The notes under the pieces are model-generated. The model had not been told where the DNA came from and did not search any database. It was given only the letters and a program-made list of their open reading frames with translations. A program made the position numbers and the translations under genes. DNA of 64,000 bases from Paraspadella gotoi (lineage: Eukaryota > Animalia > Chaetognatha). Positions 35,592 to 52,955 of this stretch are shown piece after piece; position 1 is the stretch's first letter; every line of letters starts with the position of its first letter. The stretch is from NCBI GenBank assembly GCA_051294375.1, contig CM119266.1, positions 2,283,008 through 2,347,007 of the forward strand, given 5' to 3'.

Positions 35592-36481
35592 NNNNNNNNN
35601 NNNNNNNNNNNNNNNNNNNNNNNNNNNNNNNNNNNNNNNNNNNNNNNNNNNNNNNNNNNNNNNNNNNNNGAGAAGAGAGAGAGAGAGAGAAGAGAGAGAG
35701 AGCGAGAGAAAGACCTGGCGAGGAAGAGTTTTCCACAAAAAATGAATGAAATATAAATAGATAAACAAATGAACAAAAACTAAAAAATGAATAAACATAA
35801 TTAAATTCAACATCGTCTCCTTTCCGCACCTGCAGCAGCAGAAGCAGAAGCCGACGAAGGGCATGACGACAACGAAGAGGAGCCCGACGACGACGCAGAC
35901 GAAGACCCCGATCTTGACGAGGAGAGCGTCTTTCCAGTAGGCGTCGACGAAGTGTTGGAGGGCCGTGTCCTTTTTGTCCACGGACTCGAGATCCTCGAAC
36001 AACTTGAGGGGTTGGAAGAGGGAGGGGGGAATAGAGAGAGTGGTTTGGGGTAGAGTGGTTTGGGGAGGGGTGGGAAAGAACGGGATGTGAGTTACAAGGG
36101 TGCCAGAGATTCGGTTCGTGTGAACAGGCGTTGGTACGAGGAGTTTGGATAAAAGGTAAGTTTGTCGTTTAAGTTCGAAGTAAAGTGGGGAAAAAATGGC
36201 ATTTGTGATCGTCTTTCCCATCATCTACCAGAATCTTATCAGTGACTTACCTGGGTGAGGTTCCAATCGGGAAAGGGTCGATCGGAGGATCCGACGGCGA
36301 TGATGAAGTCGTTAGATACGTCGATGATGAAGTCGCTGAAGGAGTCGGAGGCTTCGGCGATCGTCTTCGCGACCGAGACGGTCGACTTCGTGTCGTTGGA
36401 GGCCGTCGTCGCTGTCGTCGTCGTCGACAGCAGCAACAGCGCAACGGCGACCAAGTGTTTGAGATGTAGGGCGAGGGTCAT
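26062..36481 (-). CDS. prom: Prominin (CD133)-like pentaspan membrane glycoprotein
   Basis: Exons: signal peptide 36251-36481; 35830-36002 + 35262-35421 (hallmark MPFVGFCFCCCRCCGNCGG and TM2); ~34598-34854; 33258-33553; 31114-31275; 30569-30770 (TM3/TM4); 30229-30434 (CEP...VILRCSKG); 29540-29764; ~28692-28947 (3' boundary uncertain); 28185-28431 (CTPI...C.LLLDPING); 27631-27776 (FWFEIGG, TM5); 26617-26740; 26461-26517; 26062-26137 (GHDNRGYRY*). A few local indels. Confidence 0.88.
27870..28155. repeat. 36-bp intronic minisatellite, about 8 units
   Basis: Unit aacaatcaaaacaaacaaaatagaacataagccaac. Confidence 0.9.
29898..30071 (-). mobile_element. Truncated solo LTR of the TRIM-like family in a prominin intron
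   Basis: Reverse complement of about 54762-54934 (tatggcaacatccgggttgcc...ggaacactacgcc). Confidence 0.72.
31310..33280 (-). repeat. ~48-bp polypurine tandem array (about 2 kb) built from a prominin exon end and donor
   Basis: Minus-strand unit GGGGGAGAAGATGTTCGCGGAG|GTGAGAGGGAGAGGGAGAGAGGAAGG; it fills almost the whole intron 31276-33257. Confidence 0.9.
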
Positions 36482-36953
36482 TTTGATGGTGAGGGATGGG
36501 GCAGTTGGGAGGAGTTGATGGAGTCGGGTTTTGATGTTTTTGATGGGGTTGTTTGGAGCTTTTGCGATGTCGTTTGGTTAGTACGGATTACGTGTTGATG
36601 TTAGTTTGATGTTTTAAATTTTCCTTCGTTTGTTTTGCTTTGATTTGTTGTTGTTAAATTTGTTTAGATAGTTTTGATCAAAGAATTTACAATCTAGGCA
36701 ATAATCGTCAATGATTAGATTTCTGCTTTTTGAATCGAAATTATTTTCTACTTGTTTTAAAATTTATACTCGTTTGAAACATTAATAATTAAATGAACGG
36801 AACAAAAAAGAGTTGAAGAGACAGAGACAGAGAAGGGCGACCGAGAAAAAATAAAAAAACAGGTTTTGACTGGATTCAATTTTTTTTCCTGTTTGAATTG
36901 ATTTTCGAAGGTAGGGAAGCAGAGACAGAACGAAGCAAAGGTTGAGAGGTGAC

Positions 36954-37085
<132 letters not shown>

Positions 37086-37604
37086 AAGGTAGGTTGACTG
37101 GTTTTTTTGGAGAGGAAGTTAAAACATGATCGCTCAAAGGCCCAAAAAATCGTTAAATCGAAGTTTCGAGATATTTTGAATTTTTCGTATCACTTTGTCG
37201 TCGTCGTCGTCGTCGTCGTCGTCGCTCGTGACTCAAGACGTTGAATTTGTTCTTTTGTCTCCAACTCGTTCTTTCTTTGTCTTGGATGAATAAGAAAGTT
37301 GGAATGAGTCAAACACTGATGGAAAAGAGGAAGAGTCATGCGGTATGATTACGAAAGTAATCCATAAAATTACAAAAGTAGCTATTAACGGTGTAAAGTA
37401 TACAAATATATTGTATTGTGTCTCTCTAAATTGAGTCTCGGTAAAGGAAAACGAAAACGAAAACTAAAAAAAGGAGGAAAAGTCATAAAACAAATTTGTT
37501 TCGTCTTCGTTTTCAATCGAAGTTTTTCTCACCAAAGACAAAACAAATAAAAAAAAGACAAATCGAATGAAAACAACACAAAACATTTAGAAGAAACAAG
37601 AAAA

Positions 37605-38413
37605 AACAAGAGGCTGTGCTATAAAAATGAGAGTTAGGACTAACTCTCATGAGGCCAGAAAAGCCAAAGGAGATGAAAAATGAATTATAAATAAATTAGA
37701 AATGAGATACTTTACATATTGCCAAGATGAAATTTTAAATTAAGAAAAAAATGTTTTTTTAATAAATTCCAGACACGTGCAAAAAAGGATATGAAAGTTG
37801 CCGAACTCAAGAAAAAGAAAGTTGATCTAAAGTTAAATAAGAACCCACAAGTTCAAGTTGTAGCTCCGCAGTGACGCTCATATGCGGACTCATTTTCAGA
37901 TACTATACAAGTGTAACAAGCATCCTATGATTAATCATTTATAAAACAATCGAATACGTATTTTAAAAAACATGCCGCATTAACAATCTGCGCGGTCACA
38001 CACACATACTGTTGCCAAGTATGAGGACTAATAAATTATACCGAATTGAATTTTGGGACATCTGATCGCTTTTTTCGGTAATCACGTGACTGTACTAGTA
38101 TGATACATAAAATTAAATATGCGTACTAAAATTCCTATGGTACCTCGCCTTTCTACCAAAAATGAAAGTAATACTTGAGTTATGAGCATTTAAATGTAAG
38201 GGGGGCAATTAAAAGTAAGTGGAGCATTTAAATGTAAGTGGAGCATTTAAATGTAAGTGGGGCAATTAAATGTAAGTGGGGCAATTAAATGTAAGTGGAG
38301 CATTTAAATGTAAGTGGGGCAAACCGACGGACAGACAGATGGACGGACCGACCGACCGAACGAAAAGTGACTTTTTGAGTAACTCCACGAAACGCGCGAC
38401 GCATCTACTAAAA
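37605..38413 (+). mobile_element. Possible HINE/DINE-1-like non-autonomous element
   Basis: Starts AACAAG, contains a 20-bp tandem repeat (gcatttaaatgtaagtgga, 38184-38320) and a GACG/GACA microsatellite, and ends with a GC-rich stretch followed by an A-run. The layout resembles Helentron-associated elements; boundaries are uncertain. Confidence 0.3.
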
Positions 38414-38707
38414 ATAAATAATTCCCAGTGAATCTTACAAAGAAATATAATTATGGTTAAGCTGACTTACAAAATGGAATCAAAACTGAAAAAAAAAATC
38501 AAAAATTCAAATTTAAACTAAAAACTTCGGTAACGGAAACTTTTAAAAAATGTAATTTTTAACTTTAAAAAGCCGCAAATATTCAGAAGAAACGGTTTTA
38601 AATTAAAATAAGTTTTTGAATTATTGCGTATTTTAATTTTTTGACTAGAATCTGTCGAGGGCAGACGCGCCGAATTTTCTTCCTTTTTTTTGGCACCGAA
38701 TTCTCTC

Positions 38708-38745
<38 letters not shown>

Positions 38746-38788
38746 NNNNNNNNNNNNNNNNNNNNNNNNNTAGTCGAGAGAGAGAGAA

Positions 38789-38832
<44 letters not shown>

Positions 38833-40665
38833 GAGAGAGAGGAGAGGAGAGATGAGAGGAGAGGAGAAGAGAAGAGAGACATCGACATGCAACCACGGAC
38901 GACCTCATCTTTCTGTCTTTTCTTTTTTTCTATCTTTCATTCTTTTTCTATCTTTCATGTTTTGTTTTTTTAAGTCTTTTCTAATTCGTCTCTATTTGTT
39001 TATTTTGTCCCTTTTTATTACCTGGCTTTTATGGGATCCTACATGAAGGTTAAGGCGTACTGAAGTTACATACGAAAATTCTAAAAAGTCATTTATGAAC
39101 AACATACCATCAGTGAACATTAATTTTGTAAAAAAAATTAATTTTATGTTTTTTAATTTTGCAGTAGGCTATATTTATATATAGTACTATCCTTATAAAA
39201 TCGAAAAATTTCAAAATAGGCTTTTCTTAATTTTGATTGCAGATTTGAATTCCTCGTCGAAAGTTGATAAAAGAAAATATAATTCATTTTTAAAAATTCT
39301 TTCATTAAGTAGGTTAAAAATTAAAAAAACTATATTCAATATATAAAAATTAAATTTCAGTTTAAAATATAGCTTTTTCTAATTTTTGACCCACTTAATG
39401 AAGGAATTTTTCAAAAAGAGTTATATTTCTTTTTATCAACTTTTTATGACGAATCCAAATCTGCAAAAAATCTTAGAAAAAAACTGTTTTGAAATTTTAA
39501 CATTTATTGGTTTAGTACTAGTATAAATATGGCTACTGTGTAAATTGTAAAATTTATTATAAATTTTTTTATTACATAAATGTTCATAAGTATAATTTTG
39601 TTCGTTCCTCACTTTTAGAATTTTAATTAAAGTTAAACTTAGGAATTTTATCTGCGCCTTAATGAAGGTAGACTGTAGAGATAATAGTAAATCACATATC
39701 CTTATCTCATTTTAAATTTAAATTACTCCCAAACGGACATACAGACAGGCAGACAGGCAGACAGGCAGACAGGCAGACAGGCAATGTGCTCATCGTAAAA
39801 TTACTTTGAGGATTAGAGTCGCGAGCTGGAAATTGGAATCACTTTTCTGAGAGAGGGAAGAGAGGAGAGAGAGAGAAGAGAGAGAGGAGAGGAGAGAGAG
39901 AGAGAGAGAGCAGAGGCCAGGAGATCCGTATTTTGTAGGATTCCGCAATTTTTGGAAGTTCCTTATTTTTATCGGCTGTAATGTGACCTTGAGAGTTATC
40001 GGGCAACTTTCTTAGTGCAGCGACCATTTTGAATGTATTATTGAATCCTGATTCTTGGAAATGTTACTTTGTGTTTATGAACTATAGAAGGAAAATGAAG
40101 CCATTTCGAGAGCGACAACGACAACAACAACGACAACAACGACAAGGCGTCGGAATTAACGAGATTGTTTAGAAAGTAAACAATAAATGATTCACTATCT
40201 TACTTTTTAGATACTTAGCGAAAAGTAGTCATGAAAACGGCATCCAAATTCTTATTTTTACAATATTTTTAAAGGAATTAAAACAATTCGAGAATAAAAT
40301 TGCCACTTTTTGTTCATGTTCCCAACTCAGTGTCTCCGTCGACTTATAATTTAAAACTTATTTAAAATACAATATCATGATTTCAAACCGATAGAATTTT
40401 TTAAAAATTAGTTTTTGGTATTTTATTTTCCTTAAGTCACAAAATAAACGTCATTTTGAAACAAATGAAATCAAATTGTAAACATAAAAAAAAAATTAAT
40501 GTGAAAAAATGTTACCACTTGATATTAATTGATTCGAATTCAAATCTCATCTTTCTGCAATTTTGACTCTCCTCGTGCCCTCATCATTCATTGGTGGCCA
40601 AGACCACAATTTATGTCAACAACTCGTTCATCCCGACAGACAATTCCCACTCGCGCCTTTTTTCG

Positions 40666-43018
<2,353 letters not shown>

Positions 43019-43649
43019 TTTTGCCCCGTGAAACAAAATACGGAGAAAGTGAAAAAACGAGTGTGGGAATTTATGTGAGAAAAATCGGCGAAAATCTAAA
43101 ATTTAGTTCATTTAAATGGATTTAATATAATCGATCGTCGGGTTTGAACCGGGCTCGGGATGCCAACAGACCTACTTTCAAAAATGAAGGCATTCGATTT
43201 TTTTTTTTTTTTTTTTTTTTTTTGAAAAGGGTTATAATCCGATTATAATCCAATTACCTAATTGTTGTCCGTTTCGGGAAATATTCAATGACGTCTTAAT
43301 TAAGTGGATGAGGTCTGGTTTGGAAAAAGTTATACGAGATCGTTTAAAGAATTATTTTGTATAGAAAATGGTAAAACAATTCAAATGAGTTTAACGTCTA
43401 AAACAAAAGAACAAAATAATATTTTTACACGACTACTTCGAGCATTTAATTGAATCCTTAGTAAGTAATATGGTAGTAATAATAATTCAATCAAAATGGT
43501 TTAAATTAATTCCGCTTTTAAGTGCTAATGGTATTTTAGGACGCTTTTGGTCTTTCAGACATTATACGACTTGAGAATCTGTTTGTCGGTAAGTCGTTGA
43601 GAAAAATACTCGAATGCTGTGAATAAGTATTTCCTTAATTTTTCACGGG

Positions 43650-44575
43650 GCCTAAGGCCCTCCGATGAATCTAGTGCCCCTCTCCCCTAAGGCCCTTCCG
43701 ATGAATCTAGTGCCCCTCTCCCCTAAGGCCCTTCCAATGAATCTAGTGCCCTCTCCCTAAGGCCCTTCCAATGAATCTAGTGCCCCTCTCCCCTAAGGCC
43801 CTTCCGATGAATCTAGTGTCCCTCTCCCCTAAGGCCCTTCGATGAATCTCGTGCCCCTCTCCTCTAAGGCCCTTCCGATGTAATCTCGTGCCCCTCTCCC
43901 CTAAGGCCCTTCCAATGAATCTAGTGCCCCTCTCCCCTAAGGCCTTCCGATGAATCTAGTGCCCCTCTCCCTAAGGCCCTTCCGATGAATCTAGTGCCCC
44001 TCTCCTCTAAGGCCCTTCCGATGATCTCGTGCCCCTCCTCCTAAGGCCCTTCCGATGAATCTCGTGCCCCTCTCCTCTAAGGCCCTTCCGATGAATCTCG
44101 TCCCCTCTCCTCTAAGGCCTTCGATTGAATCTCTGCCCCTCTCCTCATAAGGCCCTTCCGATGAATCTCGTGCCCCTTTCTCATAAGGCCCTTCCGGCAT
44201 GAATCTCGTGCCCTCTCCCTAAGGCCCTTCCAATGAATCTAGTGCCCCTCTCCCCTAAGGCCCTTCCGATGAATCTAAGTGCCCTCTCCCCTAAGGCCCT
44301 TCCGATGAATCTAGTGCCCCTCTCCCCTAAGGCCCTTCCGATGAATCTCGTGCCCCTCTCCTCTAAGGCCCTTCCGATGAATCTCGTGCCCCTCTCCCCT
44401 AAGGCCCTTCCGATGAATCTAGTGCCCCTCTCCTCTAAGGCCCTTCCGATGAATCTCGTGCCCCTCTCCTCTAAGCCCTTCCGATGAATCTCGTGCCCCT
44501 CTCCTCTAAGCCCTTCCGATGAATTCGTGCCCCTCTCCTAAGCCCTTCGATGAATCTAGTGCCCCTCTCCCCTTT
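43650..44575. repeat. 36-bp minisatellite, about 26 units
   Basis: Unit cctaaggcccttccgatgaatctagtgcccctctcc. Confidence 0.95.
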
Positions 44576-44802
44576 CCGAAGACTTTTTAAGCTGAATTGA
44601 GGTCCAGTTATGACGATTTGACGGAAGAGGACTCTCCGCGGAAAGGACATAATACGAGTCTCGTTTTCGATCAAAAAACAAAAGACTAACGACGTCGATT
44701 CAGCGTTTTTAGCGATTTTTGAGACTTTAGCAAAACGAATAAAAATATTTGCGTCTGGGAGCGGAAATCTAGCGAAAAGGTTAAGCAAGGCAAGATGGTA
44801 AT

Positions 44803-44838
<36 letters not shown>

Positions 44839-45561
44839 AGGAGAGAGAAGAGAGAGAGAGGAGAGAGAGAGAGAAGTTACGGCGTGTCGACGATTGAACT
44901 TGTCAGAAGGAAGATATTTCGACGAAATCAATTCAGGTAAGGAAATTAAGTAAATGAAAATCGTTGTTGTTGTTGTTGTCCTCCTTCGGATGATCTCGAG
45001 ACTGAGAGCAGAATATGTTGATGCCTAACTAGATACATAGGAATATGAAGATATATGTATTTACAGTATAATTATTTGCTCGATTTATAACTTTGTTTAT
45101 GAGGACAAGTTTTTTTTCTCTCTTTTATCTCGGGAATCGTCTTTGGCTAAAGAATAATTAAAAGTTGTTTTTTTCTATATTGAAAATGTTAATTCATAAG
45201 CAATGAAGTCTTATAACTGTTTTTCTCCTTGACTACATTTGTCACATTGTGTTAGTACTTTTTGTTTATTTTTCTACATAATCTCAAAAATAAAAGAATT
45301 GTAATAAAACTTGATCGGCATCCGCCAAAGTGACAATAGCGCCACCACACTGTTCGTCATAGACGAACGCTCTCGACGTCACCCCCCCCCTCCTCGCGTC
45401 GCCGCTCAAAACGCCATCTATTCGCGAGCGCGGGTTTTCAAAGCGACATTCCGGCGGCGCTAATATGACAAACGTCACATCTGTAAGTGAAAAATGTCCA
45501 ATTTTCACATATTGCGCTCGACGAAGGGGCGTGTGAGAGAGAGAGAGAGAGAGAGAGAGAT

Positions 45562-45593
<32 letters not shown>

Positions 45594-46018
45594 AGAAGAG
45601 AGAGACTTCGTTTAAATCTCATTTATTCACAAGTCAGGGGAGGAGAAGAGAGAGAGTGAGAGGGAGCAGAGAGAGAAAAAAAAAAAAGAAGGAGAGCGAG
45701 AGAGTAAAGGGAGAAAGCGAAAGGGGAAATTTTAAATTAAAAATGTAAACGGCTCAAAACTATTTTACAAAGTCTTTTTAGTTTGAACAAAGTCACGTCG
45801 TACCTTTAGCTACAAAGTTCAAAAGTTAATTCAAAATACTAAGCGATGACTCCGCTCAGTTGTTTCCCGATCGCAAACTGGATCCACGAACGATTCGAAT
45901 TCTTTCTCACATCAAGAACCAAGATGTCAGTGAATCAATGACATCTGAGTTTTTTGTCATAGAAAGAGAATATGGTGAGGATCGAACCAGTGACCTCGAG
46001 ATCAAGAAGTTCATCGGC

Positions 46019-47181
46019 CTATGTATTCGACCGGGAGAGAGTGAACTTGCACGGCGGTCAATGAGGGTGAGGAGAACGAAGAGGCGGCTGTGGAGCGGCG
46101 GCGGCGGTGGCGGGTCAGCTGCGTCTTGAGGTAGGCGCGCTCGTTTTCTTCGCTTGTCAAGTCATTTAGGTGGATTTGGAAGTCGGTCTATAATATCTTC
46201 CTCATTGTAGTTTGAATAACTTGCAATTGGCGATCGACGGATCCGTTGGCGACGCGGTGGACATCCGTGGACGGGCGACGCCAGATTCCGGATCTTCGTC
46301 GTCGCCACCGTCGTCGACGGTCCGCCTCTATCAGGATCCGGAAGAAAGATTGTCCCATTGCCGAGACCTCGCCGAAAGGTGACGACGTCGGTTGCATCAT
46401 TGACGCCCGATCGTCGCCGTCGTTGTTATTGTCCGCTCGATTGTTGTCGAAAAAAATCTCCATCTTTTCTTAAAGTTTTTTATGTAAAATCTAAGAAATT
46501 TTTCGTTCTGACGTGAACTATGACGTCGGCGTCGGCGTCAGCGCCATCTGCGTTGCGGCGTTCTTCACGCGCCAAAAAGTCGGCGTCGAGGAAGAGGAGT
46601 TTTAGGCCGAAGCTTTCGTTTTCTATCGCCAGATGGTGAGCCTGTGAGAACAAATAGCAATAGACATAACTATAGGCGACAATTTTTTTATTGGTCAAAA
46701 AATTCTTTTCTATTTCGCTTGAGCATCTGTTTATACATTTACGTTAAGTGTAGCATATTCGCGTATTAGTTTATATTTTTATTTTTACTTAGCATGTTCA
46801 CTTAACAATAATCTCGTCACAAGCATCACTAAATCACTTCATCATCCAATCGACCATTCCCTTTGTCAGTCATCACCCAATTCCTTATCACCAAATCACC
46901 TGTCGAAAAACTCATATAGTCTCCACTCTCCTCAAGTAACTCGGCGTCAAGATAGGCACGAAGCAGGCCGAGTCCTCGGATCGCCGCCGCCTGATCCTCC
47001 GCGTCGGAGCCTCCAATTGGCCGCCGCCGCGGTAGAGATCTCCGCGGACGAAACACTAGACCCAATGGCGGTTCGATCGTCTTCCAGGATCGAGGCGAAG
47101 ATGGCGGGATGGGCGTCGCGATTCCTCGTCAGCGAATTGAGAGGTAGACGTCGTCATAGCGAGGGAATCGGGTCCGTTGGT
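46019..47181 (-). pseudogene. Duplicated TIR and tail exons of the TLR, without the LRR/TM exon
   Basis: Near-identical to 60211-61384 with several indels. Homology stops near 47240, inside the intron preceding the TIR exon. Confidence 0.6.
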
Positions 47182-48052
47182 CTGGGTGTTGAAGGAATGA
47201 ATATTTTAAGAATTTATTACTAAATATTTACAAGCTTAATTCTCGTCTCATCCATCCACATAACCCCGGGAAGAGAGACAATCGACATGCAACCACGGAC
47301 GACCTCATCTTTCTGTCTTTTCTTTTTTCTATCTTTCATTCTTTTTCTATCTTTCATGTTTTGTTTTTTTAAGTCTTTTTCTAATTCGTCTCTATTTGTT
47401 TATTTTGTCCCTTTTTATTACCTGGCTTTTATGGGATCCTACATGAAGGTTAAGGCGTAGTGAAAGTTACATACGAAAATTCTAAAAGTCATTTATGAAC
47501 AACATACCATCAGTGAACATTAATTTGTAAAAAAAATTAATTTTATGTTTTTTAATTTTTGCAGTAGGCTATATTTATATATAGTACTATCCTTATAAAA
47601 TCGAAAAATTTCAAAATAGGCTTTTCTTAATTTTGATTGCAGATTTGAATTCCTCGTCGAAAGTTGATAAAAGAAAATATAATTCATTTTTAAAAATTCT
47701 TTCATTAAGTAGGTTAAAAATTAAAAAAACTATATTCAATATATAAAAAATTAAATTTCAGTTTAAAATATAGCTTTTTCTAATTTTTGAAGTGCGCTGT
47801 GTTAAAGTGACTTACAAAATGGGATCAAAACTGAAAAAAAAAATCAAAAATTCAAATTTAAACTAAAAACTTCGGTAACGGAAACTTTTAAAAAATGTAA
47901 TTTTTAACTTTAAAAAGCCGCAAATATTCAGAAGAAACGGTTTTAAATTAAAATAAGTTTTTGAATTATTGCGTATTTTAATTTTTTGACTAGAATCTGT
48001 CGAGGGCAGACGCCGCCGAATTTCTTCCTTTTTTTTGGCACCGAATTCTCTC

Positions 48053-48130
<78 letters not shown>

Positions 48131-49962
48131 AAAGAGAGACAATCGACATGCAACCACGGACGACCTCATCTTTCTGTCTTTTTTTTTTTCTATCTTTCAT
48201 TCTTTTTCTATCTTTCATGTTTTGTTTTTTTAAGTCTTTTTCTAATTCGTCTCTATTTGTTTATTTTGTCCCTTTTTATTACCTGGCTTTTATGGGATCC
48301 TACATGAAGGTTAAGGCGTAGTGAAATTACATACGAAAATTCTAAAAGTCATTTATGAACAACATACCATCAGTGAACATTATTTTGTAAAAAAAATTAA
48401 TTTTAATGTTTTTAATTTTGCAGTAGGCTATATTTATATATAGTACTATCCTTATAAAATTCGAAAAATTTCAAAATAGGCTTTTCTTAATTTGATTGCA
48501 GATTTGAATTTCCTCGTCGAAAGTTATGATAAAAGAAAATATAATTCATTTTTAAAATTCTTTCATTAAGTAGGTTAAAAATTAAAAAAACTATATTCAA
48601 TATATAAAAAAATTAAATTTCAGTTTAAAATATAGCTTTTTTCTAATTTTTGACCCACTTAATTGAAGGAATTTTCAAAAAAGAGTTATATTTCTTTTTA
48701 TCAACTTTTTATGACGAATCCAAATCTGCAAAAAAATCTTAGAAAAAACTGTTTTGAAATATTTAACATTTATTGGTTTAGTACTAGTATAAATATGGCC
48801 TACTGTGTAAATTGTAAAATTTATTATAAATTTTTTTTATACATAAATGTTCATAAGTATAATTTGTTCGTTCCTCACTTTTTTAGAATTTTTAATTAAA
48901 GTTAAACTAGGAATTTTATCTGCGCCTTAATTGAAGGTAGACTGTAGAGATAATATTAAATCAACATTATCCTTATCTCATTTTAAAAAATTACTCCAAA
49001 CGGACATACAGACAGGCAGACAGGCAGACAGGCAGACAGGCAGACAGGCAATGTGCTCATCGTAAAATTACTTTGAGGATTAGAGTCGTCGAGCTTGGAA
49101 ATTGGAATCACTTTTCTGAGAGAGGGAAGGAGAGAGAGAGAGAGAGATGAGAGAGGAGAGAGAGAGAGAGAGAGAGAGGAGAGGCCAGGAGATCCGTATT
49201 TTGTAGGTTCCGGCAATTTTTGGAAGTTCCTTATTTTTATNNNNNNNNNNNNNNNNNNNNNNNNNCGGCTGTAATGTGACCTTGAGAGTTATCGGGCAAC
49301 TTTTCTTAGTGCAGCGACCATTTTGAATGTATTATTGAATCCTGATTCTTGGAAATGTTACTTTGTGTTTATGAACTATAGAGAAAATGAAGCCATTTCG
49401 AGAGCGACAACGACAACAACAACGACAACAACGACAAGGCGTCGGGAATTAACGAGATTGTTTAGAAAGTAAACAATAAATTGATTCACTATCTTACTTT
49501 TTAGATACTTAGCGAAAAAGTAGTCATGAAAACGGCATCCAAATTCTTATTTTTACAATATTTTTAAAGGAATTAAAACAATTCGAGAATAAAATTGCCA
49601 CTTTTTGTTCATGTTCCCAACTCAGTGTCTCCGTCGACTTATAATTTAAAACTTATTTAAAATACAATATCATGATTTCAAACCGATAGAATTTTTTTAA
49701 AAAATTAGTTTTTGGTATTTTTATTTTCCTTAAGTCACAAAATAAACGTCATTTTGAACAAATGAAATCAAATTGTAAACATAAAAAAAAAATTAATGTG
49801 AAAAAATGTTACCACTTGATATTAATTGATTCGAATTCAAATCTCATCTTTCTGCAATTTTGACTCTCCTCGTGCCCTCAATCATCATTGGTGGCCAAGA
49901 CCACAATTTATGTCAACAACTCGTTCATCCCGACAGACAATTCCCACTCGCGCCTTTTTTCG

Positions 49963-50170
49963 TCACTCCCACTGCGCCACCCTCAGATTGACCGTGCTCC
50001 CATCCACCCCGCGCCACTCTCCAGTCTCCCGCCAAACGACGCCTCCGCGCCGGAACTTAAACGCCGCCGGCGCCGTCGCCTCCCCCGTCGCCAGTTTGAC
50101 GCTAAGCGTGGATTTGGCGCCGGGCGGAAGTCGCGACGGCAGCGCCACCGTCGTCGTCGTCGTCGCGTGA
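49963..50170 (-). pseudogene. Isolated fragment of the last exon of the crystallin-aerolysin-like gene
   Basis: Encodes ALPSRLPPGAKSTLSVKLATGEATAPAAFKFRRGGVVWRETGEWRGVDGSTVNLRVAQWE*; cut off at the duplication junction near 50171. Confidence 0.55.
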
Positions 50171-50436
50171 CGAGTGCGCTGTGTTAAAGTGACTTACAAA
50201 ATGGATCAAAACTGAAAAAAAAAATCAAAAATTCAAATTTAAACTAAAAACTTCGGTAACGGAAACTTTTAAAAAATGTAATTTTTAACTTTAAAAAGCC
50301 GCAAATATTCAGAAGAAACGGTTTTAAAATTAAAATAAGTTTTTGAATTATTGCGTATTTTAATTTTTTGACTAGAATCTGTCGAGGGCAGACGCCGCCG
50401 AATTTTCTTCCTTTTTTTTTGGCACCGAATTCTCTC

Positions 50437-50514
<78 letters not shown>

Positions 50515-52324
50515 AAAGAGAGACAATCGACATGCAACCACGGACGACCTCATCTTTCTGTCTTTTTTTTTTTCTATCTTTCATTCTTTTTCTATCTTTC
50601 ATGTTTTGTTTTTTTAAGTCTTTTTCTAATTCGTCTCTATTTGTTTATTTTGTCCCTTTTTATTACCTGGCTTTTATGGGATCCTACATGAAGGTTAAGG
50701 CGTAGTGAAATTACATACGAAAATTCTAAAAGTCATTTATGAACAACATACCATCAGTGAACATTATTTTGTAAAAAAAATTAATTTTAATGTTTTTAAT
50801 TTTGCAGTAGGCTATATTTATATATAGTACTATCCTTATAAAATTCGAAAAATTTCAAAATAGGCTTTTCTTAATTTGATTGCAGATTTGAATTTCCTCG
50901 TCGAAAGTTATGATAAAAGAAAATATAATTCATTTTTAAAATTCTTTCATTAAGTAGGTTAAAAATTAAAAAAACTATATTCAATATATAAAAAAATTAA
51001 ATTTCAGTTTAAAATATAGCTTTTTTCTAATTTTTGACCCACTTAATTGAAGGAATTTTTCAAAAAAGAGTTATATTTCTTTTATCAACTTTTTATGACG
51101 AATCCAAATCTGCAAAAAAAATCTTAGAAAAAACTGTTTTGAAATATTTAACATTTATTGGTTTAGTACTAGTTTATAAATATGGCCTACTGTGTAAATT
51201 GTAAAATTTATTATAATATTTTTTTTATACATAAATGTTCATAAGTATAATTTGTTCGTTCCTCACTTTTAGAATTTTTAATTAAGTTAAACTTAGGAAT
51301 TTTATCTGCGCCTTAATTGAAGGTAGACTGTAGAGATAATATTAAATCAACATTATCCTTATCTCATTTATAAATTAATTACTCCAAACGGACCATACAG
51401 ACAGGCAGACAGGCAGACAGGCAGACAGGCAGACAGGCAATGTGCTCATCGTAAAATTACTTTGAGGATTAGAGGTCGTCGAGCTGGAAATTGGAATCAC
51501 TTTTCTGAGAGAGGGAAGGAGAGAGAGAGAGAGAGATGAGAGAGGAGAGAGAGAGAGAGAGAGAGAGGGAGAGGCCAGGAGTATCCGTATTTTGTAGGTT
51601 CCGGCAATTTTTGGAAGTTCCTTATTTTTATCGGCTGTAATGTGACCTTGAGAGTTTATCGGGCAACTTTTCTTAGTCAGCGACCTTTTGAATGTATTAT
51701 TGAATCCTGATTTGGAAATTTACTTTGTGTTTTATGAACTATAAGAGAAAATGAAGCCATTTCGAGAGCGACAACGACAACAACAACGACAACAACGACA
51801 AGGCGTCGGGAATTAACGAGATTGTTTAGAAAGTAACAATAAATTGATTCACTATCTTACTTTTTAGATACTTAGCGAAAAGTAGTCATGAAAACGGCAT
51901 CCAAATTCTTATTTTTACAATATTTTTAAAGGAATTAAAACAATTCGAGAATAAAATATTGCCACTTTTTGTTCATGTTCCCAACTCAGTGTCTCCGTCG
52001 ACTTATAATTTAAAACTTATTTAAAATACAATATCATGATTTCAAACCGATAGAATTTTTTAAAAATTAGTTTTTGGTATTTTTATTTTCCTTAAGTCAC
52101 AAAATAAAACGTCTTTTGAACAAATGAAATCAAATTGTAAACATAAAAAAAAAATTAATGTGAAAAAATGTTACACTTTGATATTAATTGATTCGAATTC
52201 AAATCTCATCTTTCTGCAATTTGACTCTCCTCGTGCCCTCCGAATCATCATTGGTGGCCAAGACCACATTTATGTCAACAACTCGTTCATCCCGACAGAC
52301 AATTCCCACTCGCGCCTTTTTTCG

Positions 52325-52584
52325 TCACTCCCACTGCGCCACCCTCAGATTGACCGTCTCCCATCCACCCCGCGCCACTCTCCAGTCTCCCGCCAAACGA
52401 CGCCTCCGCGCCGGAACTTAAACGCCGCCGGCGCCGTCGCCTCCCCGTCGCCAGTTTGACGCTAAGCGTGGATTTGGCGCCGGGCGGAAGTCGCGACGGC
52501 AGCGCACCTCGTCGTCGTCGTCGCGTGACGTCGGGCGCGAGAGGGCGCGTTGGAGAGACGACGAAACTGGCCTGGGGTGTTGAG

Positions 52585-52671
<87 letters not shown>

Positions 52672-52864
52672 CCAGAAAGATACCCATTGCCCATTACCCC
52701 CAATTGACGCCTAAATTCGTCAGAAACGGAAAACCAAAGTTCCTTCGTCAGTCGAACCGAAAGTCGGGAAAGGATCGAGCGACGTCGANNNNNNNNNNNN
52801 NNNNNNNNNNNNNTCGGGCGCGAGAGGGCGCGTTGGAGGACACGAAATGGCCTGGGGTGTTGAG

Positions 52865-52955
<91 letters not shown>

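Noticed and set aside
43650-44575. CRISPR array or tandem hammerhead ribozymes (36-bp unit with CCGATGA)
   Set aside because: Units are contiguous without spacers, and there is no CUGAUGA plus GAAA core.
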